From a bacterium (GTDB lineage: Bacteria; Bdellovibrionota_C; UBA2361; CALJRW01), in assembly GCA_031385045.1 (NCBI GenBank), contig JANNBC010000052.1, positions 64,001 through 128,000 of the forward strand: a DNA stretch of 64,000 nt, given 5' to 3'. The notes under the pieces were generated by a model that saw only the letters and a list, made by a program, of their open reading frames with translations, did not search any database and was not told the DNA's origin. A program made the position numbers and the translations under genes. Shown piece by piece: positions 59,269-64,000 of this stretch. Each line of letters begins with the position of its first letter. The stretch's first letter is position 1.

Positions 59269-60819
59269 ATGACAAAAATTAAAGTTGTTTTAATCGTTTT
59301 ATTATTTATGGTAATCCCAAGTCTTTTCTGGCTAGCCATGGATTCTCGTAATCCATATTGGGATCAATCGTATCATGCCTTAAGTGCTTTAAAGTATTAC
59401 CGGCTAATTACTGAGCAACCAATCTGGGAAGTTATCAAAAACTTTCTTACTGTTGAAGGTTATTTCCCACCATTTTATTATCTTTCTAGTTTGCCATTTA
59501 TTGCCCTATTTGGTTTTTCTGAAGATTCAATTGTTTATACGAATTTCCTTTATGCCTTATTACTAGGCTTTAGTGTCTTTAGTATTTCTAGAAAGTTTAC
59601 TGACGAGCTTGGAGCTTACACTTCCGTTGCACTAGTTTTTCTTGCGCCAATGCTACTTCATTTGTCTCAGCAGTTCATGTTAGATTTTCCACTTACTGCA
59701 ATGATTGCCTTTGCCCACGCCTTACTTTTAAATGAAAAAGTAGTGACTCATAAAAGGTTTGAGTATTTTTTTGGGGCACTTCTAGGATGTCTACTCCTTC
59801 TTAAATGGACAGCATTAGCCTATGTTCTACCATGTATGATCTATGTCCTGATTTTCAGATCAGGGAAGGGTAGTAAGTTTTTAAGCTTACTTAAGATTGG
59901 TATAGCATGTTTGCTTATTGCCATGCCTTGGTATGCAATGAATTTTGAAAGACTCTCAGGTGGAATTCTAAATGCGCTTAACTCTGGAGTTTTAGAAAAA
60001 GAATCTAATGATTTTTGGGTTTCGCTGATGACTTATTTGGTGCAAATAGGCACCCTCTGTATATCGAAACCCTTACTATATCTATATTTTTTAGGTTGGT
60101 TATTGTTTTTAGTCTATCGACCTTCCAAAGAGGCACTCTTTTATCTGTTGCTTTGGATCTTGCCAGCATTTATTTGTTTCCTAATTATTACCAATAAAGA
60201 CATTCGTTTTATGATACCAATCCTTCCTCCAATTTTAATAATGGGGGTTATTGGAATATCAAGAATTCCATTTCTTACTATTCGTAAAATTGTTTGTCTA
60301 CTGATGGTCACCATCGGCTCTTGGCAAATTTATGCATTTTTATTTCAAGGAGCAACAAGTAGAGCTGAAAATCCATATTTGATGACGATGCATTACAGCA
60401 CGCAGAAGTGGGACTACTCAGGAGTCTTACAAGTGATTAGTAAGGATATTACCTCGGGTCGTAAATTAACCGGAGTAATTGTTGAGCATGAAGAGTTTAA
60501 TCCCAACTCGGGTAAGCTATACGCCTGTTGGAACCAAATGCCATTTGATGTTGAAGGATTTAGTCTTTGGGGCCCAGTTGACTTAATAACTTTAAGTAAA
60601 TTTGATTATTTAATTGTAAAGTCGGGAAGAATCTTTCCAGCCTTTAGTGATGGGTCTCGTGAAAAACTAGTAGAGCGAATTCAAAAAGAGGGAGCAGGGT
60701 TTCTTGGGTTTCAAGAGTTAGGTCGGAGGAGTATGCCGGATGGGTCTGTGGTGTTGATACTTAAGAGGGAGGTGGTTGTAGTTCCGGAGGTTGATCAGCT
60801 TGTACTTGATAATAGCTAG
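59269..60819 (+). CDS. GT-C glycosyltransferase (GT39/ArnT-like)
   Basis: WDQSYH, PPFYY, LDFPL, LLKW, PWY, KDIRF; polytopic. Confidence 0.85.
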   Translation: MTKIKVVLIVLLFMVIPSLFWLAMDSRNPYWDQSYHALSALKYYRLITEQPIWEVIKNFLTVEGYFPPFYYLSSLPFIALFGFSEDSIVYTNFLYALLLGFSVFSISRKFTDELGAYTSVALVFLAPMLLHLSQQFMLDFPLTAMIAFAHALLLNEKVVTHKRFEYFFGALLGCLLLLKWTALAYVLPCMIYVLIFRSGKGSKFLSLLKIGIACLLIAMPWYAMNFERLSGGILNALNSGVLEKESNDFWVSLMTYLVQIGTLCISKPLLYLYFLGWLLFLVYRPSKEALFYLLLWILPAFICFLIITNKDIRFMIPILPPILIMGVIGISRIPFLTIRKIVCLLMVTIGSWQIYAFLFQGATSRAENPYLMTMHYSTQKWDYSGVLQVISKDITSGRKLTGVIVEHEEFNPNSGKLYACWNQMPFDVEGFSLWGPVDLITLSKFDYLIVKSGRIFPAFSDGSREKLVERIQKEGAGFLGFQELGRRSMPDGSVVLILKREVVVVPEVDQLVLDNS

Positions 60820-60833
60820 AGGGTATTTCGATA

Positions 60834-60891
60834 GCCCTCCTACGCTTCCTCTTACGCTAAAGCTACAGAGGACAAGAAAGCTTCGGCGGGC
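60834..60891. repeat. Nested REP-like palindromic element
   Basis: GCCCTCCTACGCT-[TCCTCTTACGCTAAAGCTACAGAGGACAAG]-AAAGCTTCGGCGGGC. Confidence 0.7.
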
Positions 60892-60949
60892 ATTTTCCCC
60901 TGTAGCTTTTTTTAGCTCATTTCATTCACTAAAAAAATCTGGGGGAAAA

Positions 60950-61023
60950 TGCGCCCGCCGCGATTCGAACACGGGACCCTCTGCTTAGAAGGCAGATGCT
61001 CTATCCAACTGAGCTACGAGCGC
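60950..61023 (-). tRNA. tRNA-Arg (TCT)
   Basis: GCGCTCG...CGGGCGC-A; anticodon arm TCTGC-CTTCTAA-GCAGA; GTTCGAATC; CCA not encoded. Confidence 0.96.
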
Positions 61024-61222
61024 ACAAATAAGGGTAAATAAGTGGTAATTAGGTAAAAACTAATAATATTAGTAAGTTATTATTATCACACTTATGTAAA
61101 AAGTATATATAACAGTTAATTATTATTGGATCAATTCAAGGATTAGAATTGATAGGACGATAGAATTGTATTCATGGATGAATCTGTTGTAATTAACTGT
61201 TGTTGTTTAATGCTGTATTTTA

Positions 61223-62920
61223 ATGGCTGATTCATCTCAAGCTGCACCAAAAGGAAAGATTTTTGACTCCCGCTATCAAATTTTTGAGATAGTAGGTCGG
61301 GGTGCCAGCAGTGTTGTATATCGCGCCAAGCATGTTCTAAACGACGATAAAGAAATTGCCCTTAAAGTTTTACTGCCAAATAAAGGGAAAGAACATAACT
61401 CCGATTTATTACGTCACGAATCTTTAGCCTTAATTACTGCTCGCCATAAAAATGTTATTCGCTTAGAAGATTTCCGCTCGGTCGATTCCATTTGTTATTT
61501 AGCAATGGAGTATGCCCCGGAAGCTAACTTAAGTGTTTACTTCCAAAAACATGAGTCAAAGATTCCAGTTGCTCAAGCCGAAAGATTTTTCTTACAGATT
61601 ACCGAAGCCTTAGCTTTCCTTCATAATATTGGAATGTTGCACCGCGACATTAAGCCCGAAAATATTCTTGTTATTAATAATCGCCAAGTTCGTTTGTCAG
61701 ATTTTGGAGTAGCAACTCTTCCTGGGCAAACTACAACTTCGGATGAACTACAGAAAGGTGTGGGGACTTTAGATTACATGGCTCCCGAGATTTTTAAAGG
61801 TGAAGCTTCTGGCCCAGGTTCTGATGTTTATTCCTTAGCTTTAACTTTTTATGAAATTTTCTCGGGGCATCATCCTTTTAAAAATTTATCTTTAGCACAA
61901 GCAATGGATGCCAGAGAGCAAATGGCCATTGCTCCGTTACATGTTATTAATAAAGAAATTCCGGTTTATCTTTCCAAGGCAATTAGCATTGCTCTAGAAG
62001 TTGACTTAGAGAAGCGTTTTTACAATGCAATTGAGTTATTAAATTTTCTAAAAAATAAAGATCAAGGTGGGGAGGAGGAGGCTGTAGCTGATCCGCTAGG
62101 AGAGTTAGTGCAAGAAGTAAAAGCTGCTCCTGTACAAACCGTTGTAACTAGAAAAACACCAACTGAAAAGATTCAAGTAAAGCTTGCTCCAGAGCCAATT
62201 GTGACTGTTACTGAGTCAGAAGAAGAAGCTGAAAGTTGGGATGATTATGATGAAGATCAATTCGCTGATTTAGAAGATCTGATAGTGGAACCAGAAGTTA
62301 AGACTGCTTCTGAATATGTAGAAGTGACTCCGCATGAAGTTGTGGAAGATTTTTATGATGAGCTAGAAGATGAATCTCCTCAGGGTCATGCTGATCGAGA
62401 TACTCCAGCTAATTTTAATGACTTTAATTATCAGCAACAGATCTTACACGATCGTAAAACTCCACTTTGGCAGACCTTGTTGTTCTATGCGATTGCTATT
62501 GGTATTGGATATTTTGCCTACAATAGTTTCTTTGCTAATCCAGTAACTGAATCTGGAGAGGAACAAGTTGCGGAGTCCACCACTAGTACAACCGAAATGA
62601 ACTTCCCATTGTTACCTGCTGGTATTTATTCTGGAGCAATTAATGGTTTAACTTCTGCGGGAGCTACACCTTTAACGCTTATTTCTCTTCCTAATAGTAA
62701 TCAAATTGCAGTTTTAGTTGGTATCCCAGGATGGCAACCAGTGTTAATCGATGCTGAAACCTTAGAAGCTAAGGAGGCTAGTGGTTTACTAAGTGTTAAA
62801 TCAAATGGCATAGTTTTACATTTGCAAGGATCGGCTGTTGATGGAATAATCAGCGGTACATATAAAAATAATACTAATAATACTGAAGGCACATGGTCGA
62901 TCGCTCCAGCACAAAGTTAA
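61223..62920 (+). CDS. Membrane-anchored Hanks-type Ser/Thr protein kinase
   Basis: GRGASSVVY, ALK, HRDIKPEN, DFG, YMAPE, SDVYS; acidic linker, one TM, extracytoplasmic C-terminal domain. Confidence 0.93.
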   Translation: MADSSQAAPKGKIFDSRYQIFEIVGRGASSVVYRAKHVLNDDKEIALKVLLPNKGKEHNSDLLRHESLALITARHKNVIRLEDFRSVDSICYLAMEYAPEANLSVYFQKHESKIPVAQAERFFLQITEALAFLHNIGMLHRDIKPENILVINNRQVRLSDFGVATLPGQTTTSDELQKGVGTLDYMAPEIFKGEASGPGSDVYSLALTFYEIFSGHHPFKNLSLAQAMDAREQMAIAPLHVINKEIPVYLSKAISIALEVDLEKRFYNAIELLNFLKNKDQGGEEEAVADPLGELVQEVKAAPVQTVVTRKTPTEKIQVKLAPEPIVTVTESEEEAESWDDYDEDQFADLEDLIVEPEVKTASEYVEVTPHEVVEDFYDELEDESPQGHADRDTPANFNDFNYQQQILHDRKTPLWQTLLFYAIAIGIGYFAYNSFFANPVTESGEEQVAESTTSTTEMNFPLLPAGIYSGAINGLTSAGATPLTLISLPNSNQIAVLVGIPGWQPVLIDAETLEAKEASGLLSVKSNGIVLHLQGSAVDGIISGTYKNNTNNTEGTWSIAPAQS

Positions 62921-63423
62921 TTTTAATTCTCGTCTTAATGTTTATCAGCAACACTGTGTTGGCTGATGTTCGTATCTTTAACTTAAATTCATACAAAGAA
63001 CTCCCTTCCGCAGGACAAAGTATGGAATTGTTTTTTGAAGTAGAGGCTGCAGCTGAAGGCGAAGAATATTATTTATTATCAAACCTTGATGACCAATCTA
63101 GTATGTTGAGCCCCGCAATTAAGGAGCCAATAGATACTGGTATTAAACTTCGCTTTGATTTACCAGCACCAATTTTAACTTTAAGTTATAGCTTAATTGT
63201 GAAGCGTGGCTTAGAAATAGTTGCCGGCAGTGATACAATTAAATTAGAGCGAGATTGCTTCCCAGTTTTAGGTGCTCCAACGGTAACAGTAGTTGATGCT
63301 ACTAGTAGCGAACAGGCCGAGACTCTTTTTCGTCAGGCTAAAAAATTAGAAAATGATTTTGCTAATTATTCACAGATCTTTTTTCAATTAGATCACTTAA
63401 AAGGTGTTTTAGAAAAAGAATAA
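62893..63423 (+). CDS. Hypothetical secreted protein
   Basis: Signal peptide; overlaps the kinase 3' end. Confidence 0.7.
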   Translation: MVDRSSTKLILILVLMFISNTVLADVRIFNLNSYKELPSAGQSMELFFEVEAAAEGEEYYLLSNLDDQSSMLSPAIKEPIDTGIKLRFDLPAPILTLSYSLIVKRGLEIVAGSDTIKLERDCFPVLGAPTVTVVDATSSEQAETLFRQAKKLENDFANYSQIFFQLDHLKGVLEKE

Positions 63424-63426
63424 ACC

Positions 63427-63996
63427 ATGATTTTAAGACAGATTTTTATATTATTTATCTTAGCTAGTGGATTATCCGCTGAGATTATTGAGCTTAAGGC
63501 TAAGATTAATTTCTTACCAGAGAAATCAATTGGGATTATTTTTAATCAGGCTGGGACTAAGTACTATAATGAGACTAACATTAATGAAATAAAAAGCGGT
63601 GAAACGATTGTTAGTTTCCGAGTTAATGAGTATCCAGAAGATTCCTTTGCCAGTGCTTTAGTTCTTGGGAAAGAAGGGGAAGTCGCTTTTGCGTCAGTTC
63701 AAAAATTAGCTAATTTACAAGATTCCGCAGTTATTAATTTGCCTGAGTGTCGCGAGCCACTTTCAGAAGATTATACTCAGCAAAAAGGACTGCTAGAAGA
63801 GCTAGTTAAATTGCGAGTTCAAAGACAAGAGTTACAAAAATTAAAGTTAAAAGAATATCTTAAGCCTGAGCTAGTTACAGAGTTAATTGCCTTGGAGAAG
63901 AAATATGGGATTCAAGAAATCGAGTTAATTACACCAAATACTCCGCCAGAAGTTCTTAATCTTCGACTTTTTCGCTTAATTAATGCTATTAAATAG
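63427..63996 (+). CDS. Hypothetical secreted protein with C-terminal coiled coil
   Basis: Signal peptide; 3 bp after the previous gene. Confidence 0.7.
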   Translation: MILRQIFILFILASGLSAEIIELKAKINFLPEKSIGIIFNQAGTKYYNETNINEIKSGETIVSFRVNEYPEDSFASALVLGKEGEVAFASVQKLANLQDSAVINLPECREPLSEDYTQQKGLLEELVKLRVQRQELQKLKLKEYLKPELVTELIALEKKYGIQEIELITPNTPPEVLNLRLFRLINAIK

Positions 63997-64000
63997 GGAT

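Noticed and set aside
60791..60988. 65-aa ORF
   Set aside because: Translation of the REP-like element and the antisense tRNA-Arg
5215..62892. Many short overlapping or antisense ORFs in the track (e.g. 5215-5685, 32761-33087, 34628-35059, 38826-39233)
   Set aside because: They lie within better-supported genes and show no independent motifs

Overview
AT-rich bacterial chromosomal window using genetic code 11. Gene content (MXAN_5187-like protein, ACIII, rpmF-plsX-fabG-acpP-nrdR, type IV pilin) suggests a deltaproteobacterial/Bdellovibrionota-like lineage; this is inference only. Housekeeping genes: partial glmU-like gene, panC, ssb, the six-gene alternative complex III operon (actABCDEF), a reduced fatty-acid cluster, lipA, a 2-oxoacid dehydrogenase E2, xseAB, comF, mazG, an orphan nuoA, a P1B-4 ATPase, tRNA-Cys and tRNA-Arg. 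Accessory content: an inactivated IS3-family element truncating a GT-C-like gene, secreted cysteine peptidases, a TamB-Omp85 fusion, a cluster of divergent orphan enzyme folds, a broken DUF4160/BrnA-like toxin-antitoxin pair, and several structured intergenic repeats. The best candidate for an undescribed system is at 57.1-60.8 kb: a monodomain class II terpene cyclase (DxDD), a UbiA prenyltransferase and a GT-C glycosyltransferase, next to an epimerase, a GT4 and a His-repeat protein. This suggests a glycosylated meroterpenoid lipid pathway. All family calls come from reading motifs by eye; no searches were run.
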